Shown here: positions 25,353-38,845 of the stretch, piece by piece
How positions within the stretch are numbered: the stretch's first letter is position 1
How the letters are laid out: each line of letters opens with the position of its first letter
The notes under the pieces: model-generated
Database searches by the model: none
The model's input: the letters and a program-made list of their open reading frames with translations, nothing else
Told to the model about the DNA's origin: nothing
Made by a program: the position numbers and the translations under genes
NCBI GenBank assembly: GCA_951406725.2
Contig: OX597834.1
Span: 19,096,001 to 19,160,000 of the forward strand
Origin: Octopus vulgaris
Taxonomy: Eukaryota
Reading direction: 5' to 3'
Length of the DNA: 64,000 nucleotides

Positions 25353-26969
25353 GGAGATGTACTTGCATAGCGAGTGACTTGATCTGAGATTGTGTGGTGG
25401 AACGAAAACAATTTAAATTTAAATGTTGAAGTGAATCTAACGGTTTTGTGTGTTTCTTAAATGGCTTATAAACCCCTTCCATGCTGCAATTGTTATATAT
25501 ATATATATACATACATACATACATACTTACACACACAAAGGTACATATTTTATTGCTTCATCTTCATTACTACTCCCACTGACATAAGACTTATCAGTTT
25601 CTTCTCAATTTAAACTAGGAAGCAGGGCATCATCATGCTCCCTTCCTCTACTCTCAAACCAGACTAATTCCCTCTGCCCTTTTTGCCTCTTCTCATATTG
25701 TGAAACCATCAGGGTTCTAACACCTTAATCTTACACTAAACACTTCTCCAATCTTTTGTACCTGAAGTTGTAACCCTTTGGAACTCTCTGTTCACGATAC
25801 CTTTGCATGCATCTTCAGGTGTTAAAATTTACTAAACTTAGAAGTATAATTAATTAATTATAATCAGAGAAATGAAAGATGAACACCAGGTATATTCAAC
25901 TCAAAAACTGGCAAAGTTCACAGACACTGCTTTTCCAGTTGCATATAATAAATCAAAATATGCCTTACCTTCAAATGAAAATAGCAGCAAAACCACAGAA
26001 TATATATATATATTTGTACATACACATACATACATACACACACACATACACACACACACACACATACACACACATACATACATATATACATGTATATTAG
26101 TATGTGGAGAGAGAGAGAGAGAGGAATAAGTTGTTAAATACAATTTATTCTAAGAATAATTTCTATAATTTCATTAAATTAATTGTTTTCAAAGTTTACT
26201 AAATTAATAATGGAAATAGTGCAAAAACCAGAACAAATCATTGTAACGAAACCTACTAAAGCAAATGCAACAGGTAGCTGCTTGCTTGGAATAACCATTT
26301 ATTTTGGTATTTGTATGTATGTGTGTGTGTGTGTGCGAAGGTGGTGAGGGCCGGACCACTGATTACAGAATTAGAAGCAATCTCTCGCTACAACCATTTT
26401 GTTATGCCTCTCGGCAAGGCACCTAACTCTTCTTGCCTGACTGAACATGACACAAGCACCACACTAGCTTCACAGTTAAATGGTTAGTAGTAGGAAAGGT
26501 ATTCAGCCATGAAATAAGTTTTTCCAGCGAGTAGTCTACTCCACCCTTGTATGCTTGAGAGCCCAGAATGCAGAACTCAGCATATGTGCATGTGCATGCA
26601 TACATACATACATATATATGCACACACACACACACACACACACGCACACACACACATACATGCATATATATATATGGTGATGTATTTCTTGGCCATAAAT
26701 CCTTTTGTGGAGGAATAAATTAACTTACAAAGTGTTAATTTATATAATTTAAAATATTTTAAATTATATTTTTAAGAGAATTATCAATGTTCTTTCTCCT
26801 TTATTTCTCTTTCCATTATCTCATGTTTATAAAATACAGTTTGGAATTCCATTAAGAAATCATGTCCTGTAAAAGAAGATGGAAAAAAAAATCTTACCTG
26901 AAAGTTAACACTGACACAATAGCTTGGTAGTTATGGTCTACTCAATGCAAGATCAGAAACTAATATAAA

Positions 26970-27616
26970 TCAGTCATTTGACTGCGGCCATGCTGGAGCA
27001 TCACCTTTATTCGAGCAAATCGACCCCGGGACTTATTCTTTGTAAGCCTAGTACTTACTCTATCAGTCTCTTTTGCCAAACAGCCTTGTTATAGGGACGT
27101 AAACACACCAGCATCAGTTGGGGAGACAAACACAGACACACAAACATATATTGTATCCCTGGTTTTTATGCGCTAAGCCACTTGGTGTTAAATTGATGGT
27201 ATTATTAAATTAATATCCAATTTTTTCACCCTTATTTTTGATACACACATACATATATATTTTCTATTTTCTCTCCCTGTTTATTTCTGTGATCCTCTCT
27301 GTCGAAGAACGTAGACTTGAAACGTAAAAGATTTTATCACTTCCTGAGCATTAAACTAATACATTGGTTTTGTTGTTTACACACCCGTCTTCGTCTTTTG
27401 TTGTTTTTTTTGTTAATTCTCACTATATATAAATATATATATATCTATATATGATATACGACAGGCTTCTTTCAGTTTCCATCCACCAAATCCACTCACA
27501 AGGCTCTAGTTGGCCTGAGCTATAGTAGAAGACATTTTGCCCAAGATGCCATGTAGTGGGACTGAACCCGGAACCATGTGGTTAGTAAGCAAGCTACTCA
27601 CCACACAGCCACTCCT
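26970..27616 (-). mobile_element. SINE family A split by Penelope-like pieces in its central microsatellite
   Basis: 3' half at 26970-27150, 5' half at ~27455-27616, unrelated repeat pieces in between. Confidence 0.8.
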
Positions 27617-27859
27617 TTATTTTATCAAGCTTGAAATGCTGGAAGGCAAGGTTGACCTTTGCAGGGTTTGGATCCAGAATGAAACGAACCAGAAGAGATG
27701 CTGCTTAGCATTTTTCTAACAACTCTTCCAATTTCAGCCTTAATGATAATAAGAAGAAAGAGAAAAAGAAGAGAGACAATTAAAAATTGTTCAGTTTCAG
27801 CCTTGACCATTGATTTTTAAAGTATCAAATATCAGCACATCTGTCTTTACCCAAAATAT

Positions 27860-28073
27860 TGGTTCCAAATTTTGGCACAAGGCCTGCAATTTCGGGGGAG
27901 GGGAAAATCAATTATATCGACCCCAGTACTCAACTGGTATTTATTTTGCTGACCTCGAGCGGATAAAAGACAAAGTCAACCTCAGCAGAATTTGAATTTA
28001 GAATGCAAAGACAGATGAAATGCCGCTAAGCATTTTGTCCAGCCTGCTAATGATTCTGCCAGCTCATCACCTT
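27860..28073 (-). mobile_element. SINE family B with target-site duplication
   Basis: Flanked by TGTCTTTACCCAAAATATT and TGTCTCCACAAAATATT. Confidence 0.8.
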
Positions 28074-28792
28074 TGTCTCCACAAAATATTAGAGTAATTT
28101 TTGCTTCATTTATTAATGTGAAGACGAAATAGTTTCCTCCATATAAGGTTTCTTTGTCAAGGTATTGGTCAAACTTAAAAAATTTAAAATACCTTTCATT
28201 TTATTAAATACAGCAATTTTTCTGCAGCCATTTCAATTCTCTTAGTGCTTCCAGCCCATGCAAAACACTAACTTAGTCTATGTCAGAAAATTCATGGAAC
28301 CATATTTTATTTTCAGGTAGAATACTTTCAGATTAGTTTTGGTAGTGCCAAATGTTTGAAGAAGTGGGTTTCATCTGATAAAACCAACTCCGCTGCACTT
28401 TTGGTGCTTATTTTGCTTAACCTAGATGAAAGATAATGACAACCTAAGCAGAGATCACTGAGGTGCAAAACTGAATACTCCTAATTGATTTAGCTTTGTC
28501 TTTGACTGTTTTCTGTTAACTTCGGCACTAATATAGAAATTGGATATAAATACTTGATCTCATTAATAGTGTTTTATCCCCTTAGTATCGTACCTTAATC
28601 AAATTTGTCTCTCTCTCTCTTTGTATTGTTTGAGCTGACATAAAGTGTAAATGAACTTAGCTGTTCTCAAATAACCCCTGTAACATCTCATCGTATTTCT
28701 CTTTGTATTTTATCATCATTTTTCTCTGTACACTACTAAACAATATTAAGATACATTTCTGGAAAGTAAATATATATATATATATTTCGTTG

Positions 28793-29398
28793 TATCTCAG
28801 GATGGTCATTGTGCCAATAATAAATACATGCACTGGTACTGTTTCACTTTTTTTTATTACTGTTTGTCAACTAGTTAAACTATTTAACCTATTAACTAAT
28901 TGACTAAGGTGGTGAGCTGGCAGAATTGTATGCATGCTGGGTAAAATGCTTTGCAGTATTTCATCCAACTTCACTTTCTGAGTTCAAATTCCATGGAGGT
29001 CCACTTTGCCTTTCATCCTTTCGGGATCAATAAAATAAGTACCAAGCAAGTATTGGGGTCAATGTAATTGACTTACCCCTTCACCCAAAGTTGCTGGCCT
29101 TGTGCCAAAATTTAAACCCAATTAACTAATTGATTGTTTGATTAACTGTTTTGGTTAGTCACTCAATCAACTTTGTTTATCAAAGACCTTTCATTACCAT
29201 TTTCACATTCATTAATGACATGCCCTCTCTACTTCAGATCTGTCTGTCTCAGGTTTGTCAAAAGGACTTTGATAAACCTAGCTAATTGATTAACCAAATT
29301 AATTAATTGTTTAAATGGTTAACTAATTGACTAATAATAATTACAGAAATAGAACCAGTGCATGTGTTTATTATTGGCATAATGACCTTCCCAAGATA
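28793..29398. repeat. Fold-back element with an inserted SINE
   Basis: TATCTCAGGATGGTCATTGTGCCAATAATAAATACATGCACTGG is inverted at ~29355-29398; inner arms GTTTATCAAAG/CTTTGATAAAC. Confidence 0.8.
28906..29120 (+). mobile_element. SINE family B with TSD ATTAACTAATTGA
   Basis: Full head-to-tail copy; 13-bp direct repeat on both sides. Confidence 0.85.
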
Positions 29399-29559
29399 TG
29401 ATAAAACTTGTTTCAACTCATTGGTTCACATCAAGAATGTTGCAAACGAAACACGAAAACAAAATCAATTTATAAATATCTACTTTCCACCTCTCCTATA
29501 CTTCACTGAAAATCATTTAATTTTCACCAACTGTATAACCAATCAAGAATTGTATCCAG

Positions 29560-29824
29560 GTTGCTCTGGCTCAGGAATGAAATTTGCTTAGAGTTGCAAA
29601 CCCGGGTCCCAGATGTTTTACTAATGAGGTCTTATTGCTTTTTTGTTATTTTAAAAATTTGTTTTGGTTTTTTGTTCTTTGAGAAGAAATTTATCTTCAA
29701 GCTTCTTATGCACTGTTTTGTAAACCCGAGAAGAGTAAACAGGAGTACAAATTTTGATTTTCAACTCTGCAAAACTTTTAGGAGGTGCACGTGCACCTCT
29801 TGTACCCCCTGTTCCCAGGCCATG
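29560..29824 (-). mobile_element. Non-autonomous DNA transposon-like repeat (second copy at 39568-39895)
   Basis: Reverse complement CATGGCCTGGGAACAGGGGGTACAAGAGGTGCAC...AAATTTCATTCCTGAGCCAG aligns with 39568-39895. Confidence 0.6.
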
Positions 29825-29949
29825 ACGGGGTGGTATGAATGCTTGCCCATGAGTTCATTAAGTTCTTACTAGTAGTTTAATAGCAGTTGTAAAAGTGATT
29901 ATCCCCAACCTCTGTTGGTCTAAAGACCACTAATTAAGTACACATCATA

Positions 29950-30326
29950 TCTCTCTCTATATAAACGGCAGTTTGTCTGTGCGTGTTTCTGTGTGTCTGT
30001 TTGTTTGTACCCTCACTCTGACCACGGCTTTCAACCGATTCTGATGAAACTTGACACACACATAGCCCAATGTCATAATTCAAAACTAACGCAGTGATAC
30101 TGCTAGTACTAGAAAAAGATCGATAAATTCGACATGGGGTCGACAATCAGAAACACAAACCGCAGATGGTGTAGGGGACGCAACTCGGCCTTTTTAACTA
30201 TCAAAAAAAAAATTTACCATAATTTTTTTCCCAAATTTTTTTTGCTATTTTTTGGCTATAACTCTCTAAAAGTGCTTTATAGTTATTTCCCTTACAAACC
30301 CAAGCAACGCCGGGCGATACTGCTAG
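29950..30326 (+). mobile_element. Non-autonomous Helitron (second copy)
   Basis: 5' TC, 3' hairpin plus CTAG, A|T target; closely similar to 17921-18306. Confidence 0.85.
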
Positions 30327-31060
30327 TACTATATAAAGCGGTGATAATTTTGGGGCCAAAGAACTTACAGTATTCTGAATTCATAATTATATACCATTCT
30401 TCATCTTATCTCATGTGTCTTTGTATATTCAACATATTACCATTTATAATCATTACTCTTTACACTCAAAACAAAATTTATATTTATGTACTCATTCTAC
30501 ATATTTTATTATATATGCACTTGCTGTATATAACATTTACTTTCCCTTCAGTACACAATCTACTTTCATTTTGAACATATTTACATCATTCCATAAAATT
30601 TATTTTCAATTTCATAATTTATGTATGCATTCTGTGTGTCCACTTTCATCTTCAGCATTTATGTACCTGTTCTCCTCTTGTTCTTCCTCTTTCAACATTT
30701 ATATACACACTTTACATAACGCTCCCTTACACATCATTCAATACAGTAATTTTAATCAACGTAATGCAATTTTCCTTACATATATTAATAACACCTCGAA
30801 GGAGGTGCTTTTTCCATTCTCCAAAGTGAATGGAGCTTTGGCCGGGAGAACCTGATGTCATCAGAGAGCATCCAACATTCATCAGGTGTTTCAACACAGA
30901 ACTATAACACTCTCCCATTGGTGAATTAGCAGAAGTGGCCAAATCACTCCTAATCTCCTCCAATACAGTAATTTTAATCAATATAATGCAATTTTCCTTA
31001 CATATGTATTACACAACATCTTACTAAACACTCACATCATCTATGCTTCATGAAATATCT

Positions 31061-31104
<44 letters not shown>

Positions 31105-31259
31105 GAAAAAAACCACCTTTTATCAATTCAAAATGAACAATTAAATTACACCATCTAGAAAATTACATATAATAGAAAAGTTAAAATTAAAATAACAATA
31201 AAATGTAAAGATTAAGTAAATTACAAAAATTGTACCTCTTATAATATTTTAATTAATTG

Positions 31260-32250
31260 TTGGAAGAATCTATTACTTTCATGGTTTTGGGTGAAATGAC
31301 ATAAAAAACATGTACGTGAAGTATGGCCGGCAAAGAAGATATTGAAATTTTAGCAGTGAAAGCTGTTCGAAAATTTAAGCCAGTGATGAAATTATAAAAT
31401 TGTCCACAAATTTTGGCTGTTAGTAATAAGATATTAAAAAAAAAACAAAAACCCCTCTAATTTGCATACAGTCCTAAAGGGGAAAAGATATAAAAATTTT
31501 ATTTGTAAAAATCAATATAATTTTAATTTATTTGTAATTAGAAAAATGAATAAAAAACATGAGAATAAAATACGAGGCATGGATTCAAATTGCTATAGTT
31601 GTAATCCAATTAGTTTGTTTATTGAAAATAATTTTGTCAGAGAGGATAGTATAGGAGATGATCAAGATCAGAAACTTTTTAAAGGGTTAAAAGAGTGCTG
31701 GAAATATATCATAGCCATCATTCTTAAAGTATAAATGCTTTTCATTGGATAATATCAGCCTGGTTTCATTTGATGAAACTGTGAAGCTTCCCTAGAGGAA
31801 TGATAATGGATTTAATCATCTCTTTATCACTGGTACAAGCAATAAAAGTCTGTGTTCTGAATTTGATAGGACCTATGAACGACATTTTATAGCACCTAAT
31901 GCATACCCAGATCAAGTTGAATGTAATTTGTTTCGCAGTCTTAGCATGTCACTATTGTTTTCAATTAGAGAATATCTTTTACCAGTTTATGATATTTAGT
32001 CAAGATTAGATAATTTTATCAGGTGAAGATGGTTGCAATACCAGACTTGAAATATTTTATGCCCCGGATGATGGCTCCACAATGGTTGCCAGATCTGTAC
32101 CATTTTATGTTCTTGCTAGTGCCTCATTGGTTGGATGTCAGAGCTTTACTATTTTATATTCTAAACACCAGCTGAACGCTTTGCTTACCAAGTCCAAACC
32201 ATTTTATGCTATGAAGAGTATATTGATTATTGGTAACAGATTTTTCTAAC
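31260..32250 (+). pseudogene. About 1 kb decayed ORF, unknown family
   Basis: MAGKEDIEILAVKAVRKFKPVMKL*...MDSNCYSCNPISLFIENNFVREDSIGDDQDQKLFKGLKECWKY/DNISLVSFDETVKLP*RNDNGFNHLFITGTSNKSLCSEFDRTYERHFIAPNAYPDQVECNLFRSLSMSLLFSIREYLLPVYDI*SRLDNFI/GEDGCNTRLEIFYAPDDGSTMVARSVPFYVLASASLVGCQSFTILYSKHQLNALLTKSKPFYAMK. Confidence 0.55.
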
Positions 32251-32371
32251 CTTTTATATTATAAACAATGGTTGTCAATTAGCTCCAAGCAAAATTTATA
32301 ATTAAATACATCCCAACCATGACCATCCCATCATAAATAAATAAATAAATAAATGAATATATATATATGTG

Positions 32372-32745
32372 TGTGGTAAGTAACTTGCTTACCAACCACA
32401 TGGTCCCGGGTTCAGTCCCACTGCATGGCACCTTGGGCAAGTGTCTTCTACTATAGCCTCGGCTGATCAAAGCTTTGTGAGTGGATTTGGTAGACGGAAA
32501 CTGGAGGAAGCCCATTATCTGTATATATATATATATGCATGTGTGTGTATGTGTGTCTGTGTTTGTCCAGCCCCGACATCGTTTGACAACCGATGCGGGT
32601 GTGTTTACATCCCCGTAACTTAGTTGTTTGGCAAAACAGACTGATAGAGGCTTATAAAGAATAAGCTCTGGGGTCGATTTGCTCAACTAAAGGCTGTGCT
32701 CTAGCATGGCCACAGTCAAATGAGTGAAACAAGTAAAAGTAAAAG
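32372..32745 (+). mobile_element. SINE family A
   Basis: Family A sequence with central microsatellite. Confidence 0.85.
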
Positions 32746-32764
32746 AATATATATATATATATCA

Positions 32765-33238
32765 GGACAAGTGAGACCATAACCCGTGGCCTCTACACGG
32801 GATGTAGCCAGTCCACTTAAGCATACCTTTCCTTCTTGGGACACAAAACTCTACTTGTGAAGACCTGTTGAGGCAAGTGAGAATCAAAATCGACTAACAT
32901 CAATGGAAATTGCAGCTGTGATACCAGTGCCGGTGGCACGTAAGAGAACCATCCGAATGTGGCCATTGCCAGCCTCGCTTGGCCCCCGTGCCGGTGGCAC
33001 GTAAAAAGCACTATCCGATTGTGGCCGTTTGCTAGACTCATCTGGCACCTGTGCCGATGGCACGTAAAAAGCACCCACTACACTCACGAAGTGGTTGGCA
33101 TTAGGAAGGTCATCCAGCTGTAGAAACATCGCCAGATCAGACTGGGCCTGGTGCAGCCTTCTGGCTTCCCAGACCCCAGTTGAACCATCCAACCCATGCT
33201 AGCATGGAAAGCGGACGCTAAACGATGATGATGATGAT
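32765..33238 (+). mobile_element. Retroposon family D, longer copy with three ~62-bp modules
   Basis: GTGCCGGTGGCACGTAAAAAGCAC-type module three times, family D 3' end and (GAT)n tail. Confidence 0.85.
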
Positions 33239-33379
33239 ATATATATATAATCAACTACAATATCCATTATATCTTATTTTATTGTGCTAGGGTATAATTC
33301 AGGGAGATTTTATTGTTATTTCTAGCAAGTTCAGTGACCATGTAAAGGCTCCATCATTGGGTTGTAAATTGTCTTTTAG

Positions 33380-33745
33380 TGTCATAGTGCTAGACAGTTA
33401 ATAAATTTTGTTCTAAATGGTTCCTTCTATGCTGAGTTAAAAGAAAATATATTAATTTCCTTGGGCAAACTGCCATTTCTTTTTTATAAGGGAAGAAATA
33501 AAGTTGATTTATGTTTCATTATATTTCTGATGTTTATGGTAATAGTCCCAAGAGAATGAAAAACAAAGGACACCATCTCAAGAATTGAAACCATAACCCT
33601 AACTCCTCCATTATATACTGTTACTGAATAATTGGAAATATTGATAAGATCATTGACTGATGCTTATGTTTAGATAACTTCTTGGTGTGTATTCAAAAAT
33701 ATTCTAGACATCAGCCAGGTTTTATAGTTTGGTAGAAACTAAGAG
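33380..33745 (+). pseudogene. Decayed ORF, probable continuation of 31260-32250
   Basis: CHSARQLINFVLNGSFYAELKENILISLGKLPFLFYKGRNKVDLCFIIFLMFMVIVPRE*KTKDTISRIETITLTPPLYTVTE*LEILIRSLTDAYV*ITSWCVFKNILDISQVL in one frame. Confidence 0.45.
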
Positions 33746-33797
33746 AACCATCACCACCACCACCACCGCCACAATTATCATCTAACATTTGTATTCC

Positions 33798-33937
33798 AGG
33801 TGCAGGAGTGGCTGTGTGGTAAGTAGCTTGCTTACCAACCACATGGTTCCGGGTTCAGTCCCACTGTGTGGCATCTTGGGCAAGTGTCTTCTGCCTTGTG
33901 AGTGGATTTGGTAGATGGAAACTGAAAGAATCCCATC

Positions 33938-33995
<58 letters not shown>

Positions 33996-34185
33996 TTGTC
34001 CCCCTAGCATTGCTTGACAACCGATGCTGGTGTGTTTACGTCCCCGTCACTTGGCGGTTTGGCAAAAGAGACCGATAGAATAAGTACTGGGCTTACAAAA
34101 AATAAGTCCTGGGGTCGATTTGCTCGACTAAAGGCAGTGCTCCAGCATGGCCGCAGTCAAATGACTGAAACAAGTAAAAGAGAGA
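33798..34185 (+). mobile_element. SINE family A
   Basis: Head-to-tail copy with a small internal deletion. Confidence 0.9.
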
Positions 34186-34669
34186 AAGAGATGCTGGCAT
34201 GGGTTGGATGGTTTGACAGAAATATTTAAAAATATTCTGCGTATTGTAGAAATATAACCAATTTATTGCACACATATTTTGTCAACAAAATCTTATGTGG
34301 ACCTCAAAGGGCCTTATGGACCCTGGTTGAGTATCACTGTTTCACACGAACACTTGAGTTGCTAGAAATAACTACCAAATCTATTGCAAATTCACCCCAC
34401 CTCACTGTCTCTCTCTCTCTCTCTCTCTCTTTTTCTGAATTAAAATAAAATTACATTAAATTCTAAGCTGAGGCATAATGATATTTGTGTTTTGATAACC
34501 ATCTTCATAGAATTCTGATTAAAAAAACAGATGAAAAGCTTTTATTTTTAAATGCCCAGCCAACCCATGTCTGCATGGTAAATCACAGACATTAAACAGA
34601 CAATGCTACCACTGCTACTATCTTGTGACTATTATATTTTGTTAATACACTAACAAACATAACGATCTT

Positions 34670-35658
34670 AAACACACACACACACACACATGTGTCTGTA
34701 CACACACTCACACATACATGCATATATATATATATATATATATCCACACACACATATATACATATGCACACATTTATGTGTATATATATATATATAGATA
34801 TAATCATATATATACACACACATATACATATATATATATACACACATATACATACACACACATACACATATATGCAAATATATATACATATATATACACA
34901 CACACACACATATATATATGCATGTATATACATATATATACATACGCACACATTTATGTGTGCATATATATATATATATAATATATATACACACATATAT
35001 ATACACACACAAATATATATATACATATATATATACACACATATACATACACATACACATATATGCATATATATTTACATATATATACACACACATATAT
35101 ATGCATGTATATACATATATACATATGCACATTCACATATATACATATATATATATATACGTACAAGTGTGTGTGCGAAAATACATTTTGCAAATAGAGA
35201 GCCCTCTTTCATTTCGAAATATATTTATTTCACTCAAGCCGATGTTTATAGCTTTCAAACACAACTTATTACAGAACTACATTAACCTCCTTTTATCGTT
35301 TTTATTTTTTTATGTCATTACATTAAATCTATTCTTTTGAAAAGATTTTTCAACAAAAGAAAATACCACGACCACCAATATTTCAAACTGTATATATATA
35401 TGTAGTGGGTTCCCAGACTGAACGAATGATTTGTACTTGATCTCCCCAATTACTTAAGTTATTCGACAAAAAAAAGAAAAAATGTTCAGAGTATAAATAA
35501 ATAAATACAACATTTTGTTTCATATAAACTTAATAACAAATTATTTATATATATATATATATGTATATATATGTATTTATATATATATATATGTATATAT
35601 ATATGTATATATATGTATATATATATGTATATATATATATATATATATGTATATGTAT

Positions 35659-35689
<31 letters not shown>

Positions 35690-35787
35690 TGTATATATAT
35701 GTATGTATGTATGTATGTATATATGTATGTATATATATACATACATACATATATATATATATATGTATATATATGTATATATATATG

Positions 35788-35822
<35 letters not shown>

Positions 35823-35849
35823 GTATATATATATATGTATATATATATG

Positions 35850-35945
<96 letters not shown>
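34670..35945. repeat. Compound (TA)n/(CA)n/(TATG)n microsatellite blocks (34670-35160 and 35545-35945)
   Basis: Directly visible. Confidence 0.95.
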
Positions 35946-35946
<1 letters not shown>

Positions 35947-36059
35947 GTTTTTTTCATAAATTCAATTTTCTTATTTAGTGTTAGTTCTTCCTGGTTTATT
36001 CAGATAATTTTAAACAATTACTTTCAAGTTACTATCGTGATTATCAACTGTGAATGTCT

Positions 36060-36375
36060 GTGGCTTGGTGGTTAGGGTATTCAGCTCTTGATCGTAAGAT
36101 CAAGAGTTCGATTCCTGGCAGTGCATTGTATTCTGGAGCAACACTCTTTATTTCATGTTGTTCCAGCCCATTCCACTGACAAAAATGAATTGTACCTGTA
36201 TTTCAAAGGGCCAGCCTTGTCACATTCTGGGTCACACTGAATCTCCTTCAGTACTACATTAAGGGTGCATGCATGTCTGTGGAGTGCTCAGCCACTTTCA
36301 TGTTAATTTCACAAGCAGGATGTTTTGTTGATTGGATCGACTGAACCCTCTTGTGGTAACTGATGGTGTGTCAGT
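36060..36375 (+). mobile_element. SINE family C, diverged
   Basis: Colinear with 36897-37218. Confidence 0.8.
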
Positions 36376-36896
36376 CCATGATTACCAGCTTCATCATCAT
36401 CTTTTAGAACAAGGTATTAATATTATTAAATTAGTTCTATGTTCTGAGTTCAAATCCCTCTGGACTGACCTTTTATCCTTTCACAGGCAGTACTGGTGCC
36501 ACGTATAAAAGCACCTATATTGATATCACATATAAAGAACCCATACTGGTGTTATGTATAAAGTACCAGTTCTGGTGTCACATATAAAGCACTGGTGCTG
36601 GTGCCACGTAAAAAGCACCCAGTACACTCTGTAAAATGGTTGGCATTATGAAGGGTATCCAACCATAGAAACCTTGGCAAAACAGTCAATTGAAGCATCT
36701 CCTGCTTGTCAGCTTCTGTCAAATCATCCATCCATGCCCGCACACACACACACACACATGGCAGGCTGTTATATTTTCATGGAAGATTGGAAATGAATGA
36801 CTTGGCTTGCATATGACACTCATCAAAACAACTATTACACAATGCCAAGACAAGGAAATGCTAACATATACACACTCACACTTATATATATATATA

Positions 36897-37218
36897 AGGC
36901 GCGTGGCTTAGTGGTTAGGGGCATTCGGCTCATGATCGTAAGGTCATGAGTTCAATTCCCAGCGGCGTGTTGTGTCCTTGAGCAAGACACTTTATTTCAC
37001 GTTGCTCCAGTCCACTCAGCTGGCAAAAATGAGTTGTACCTGTATTTCAAAGGGCCAGACTTGTCACACCCTGTGTCACGCTGAATCTCCTTGAGAACTA
37101 CGTTAACGGTACACGTGTTTGTGGATTGCTCAGCCACTTACATGTTAATTTCACGAGCAAGCTGTTCCGTTGATCATATCAGCTGGGACCCTCGTCATCG
37201 CATCCGACGGAGTGCTCC
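36897..37218 (+). mobile_element. SINE family C, full length
   Basis: AAGGCGCGTGGCTTAGTGGTTAGGG head, GAGTTCAATTCCC B-box, CORE-like GTGTCCTTGAGCAAGACACTTTATTTCACG. Confidence 0.85.
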
Positions 37219-37814
37219 TATCCTATATGTATATATATATATACACACACACACACACATGTTTAGGTGTAGCTCTGTGGTAAGAAGTTTGTTCCCCAAC
37301 TACATTGTTGTGGGTTCAGTCCCACAGGGTGGCAGCTTGGGCAAGTGTCTTCTACTATAGCCTTTTGTTGATCAAAGCTTTGTGAGTGGATATGGTTAAC
37401 AGAAACTGAAAGAAGCCTGCTACACACATATATATGTATATCTGTGTATATGTGTGTGTGTGTTTCTGTCTGCTTGTCTGTCTATCTCTCTTTGTCTGTG
37501 TTTTCCCACTCCATTACTTGAAAACTGGTGTTGGTGTGTTTATGTTTCTATAACCTAGCAGTTCATCAAGAGAGACTTATAAAATACCAGGCTTAAGAAA
37601 ACAAAAAGAAAGAAAGCATGGCCACAGTCTAATGACTGAAACAAATAGAGAATAAAAGATTCAATGGGCTTCTTTCGCTTTCTGTCTACCATCAACCAAA
37701 TCCACTCGCAAAGCTTTTGTTGGTCCTGTCATGCAGTAGGATTGAACCTAAACCATATGCTTGAAAATTAAAACACATAACCACACAGTCACACATACAT
37801 GTATTCTAACGCTG

Positions 37815-38022
37815 CAAGCTGGCTGAAACGTTAGCATGCTGGGCAAAATGCTTAGCAGTATTTCATCTGTCTTTATGTTCTGAGTTCAAATTCCACCGAG
37901 GTTGACTTTACCTTTCATCCTTTCGGGGTCGATAAATTTAGCACCAATTGCGTACTGGGGTCGATCTAATCGACTAGTCCCCTCCCCCAAAATTTCAGGT
38001 CTTGTGCCTACAGTAGAAAAGA
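37815..38022 (+). mobile_element. SINE family B
   Basis: Family B sequence through GCCTACAGTAGAAAAG. Confidence 0.85.
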
Positions 38023-38189
38023 ATATACATATATTCTGTATGCGTGTGTGTGTGCAGTAAATTATCTCCTGTATCCTATTAAACTGTGTAGGGCACCATG
38101 AATATTTAGCTTTGATGTAGTGGTTTAAAATACATCAGAGTGTCAGATACTTAATTTTTCTCCAAGATGTTAACCAAAGTTGAATTAAA

Positions 38190-38336
38190 GGCATAAAGCC
38201 TATAATTATGGGCTTCGAAAAATAGGGGGCTACAGTATTCATGCTCCATTCAAAAGGCATTGGAAATTATAAGTGAATATGGCTTCTACTGAGAAATTGG
38301 GTTAGGTTTAAATACATACATTGCATGCATATATAT

Positions 38337-38409
<73 letters not shown>

Positions 38410-38845
38410 ATGTATGTATGTATTGATTGCATGGATGTTTAATGGCGTGGATGTACTCACCAAGGTCTATAGAGAGTGGTTAATGTAATAAAGACATCAA
38501 AGATAAGGTGTTCCATTTAAAAGACTCCTTATGTATCTGAGATATTCACAGTGATTAACCATTAAGGAAACACACTGTAAAGATTCTTTCATCAAAATAT
38601 TAACAGTTCAAATGTTTCCTGAGATGGCAGGCATTGCGCTGGTGCATAAGTGCTTAAAGGATAATGTTCTCATTGGTAGGTTTTAAACAGGAATCAGTAA
38701 AATGCTTTGATCCTTTTGTGCTTTATGGCATTACGGTTAGAATATTATCTCTGATTGAAATACGACCTCTGCATGGTGTGATAAAGATGGTGTTCCAGTC
38801 ATTTTATAAACAAACAGGAAAAGAATTGTTGGGAAGAAATTAACA
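38190..38845 (+). pseudogene. Decayed coding-like segment split by (TA)n
   Basis: LWASKNRGLQYSCSIQKALEIISEYGFY*...IAWMFNGVDVLTKVYREWLM**...KILTVQMFPEMAGIALVHKCLKDNVLIGRF/FDPFVLYGITVRILSLIEIRPLHGVIKMVFQSFYKQTGKELLGRN. Confidence 0.35.

Noticed and set aside
26780-26900. Minus-strand donor CAG|GTAAGA and acceptor TTTTACAG| about 30 nt apart
   Set aside because: Too short for an intron, and the downstream frame stops after about 27 codons; insufficient support for an exon.
32928-33075. CRISPR-like repeat-spacer pattern (24-bp hairpin repeat with ~38-bp spacers)
   Set aside because: The spacers resemble each other, the unit is internal to a dispersed eukaryotic retroposon, and there are no cas genes.
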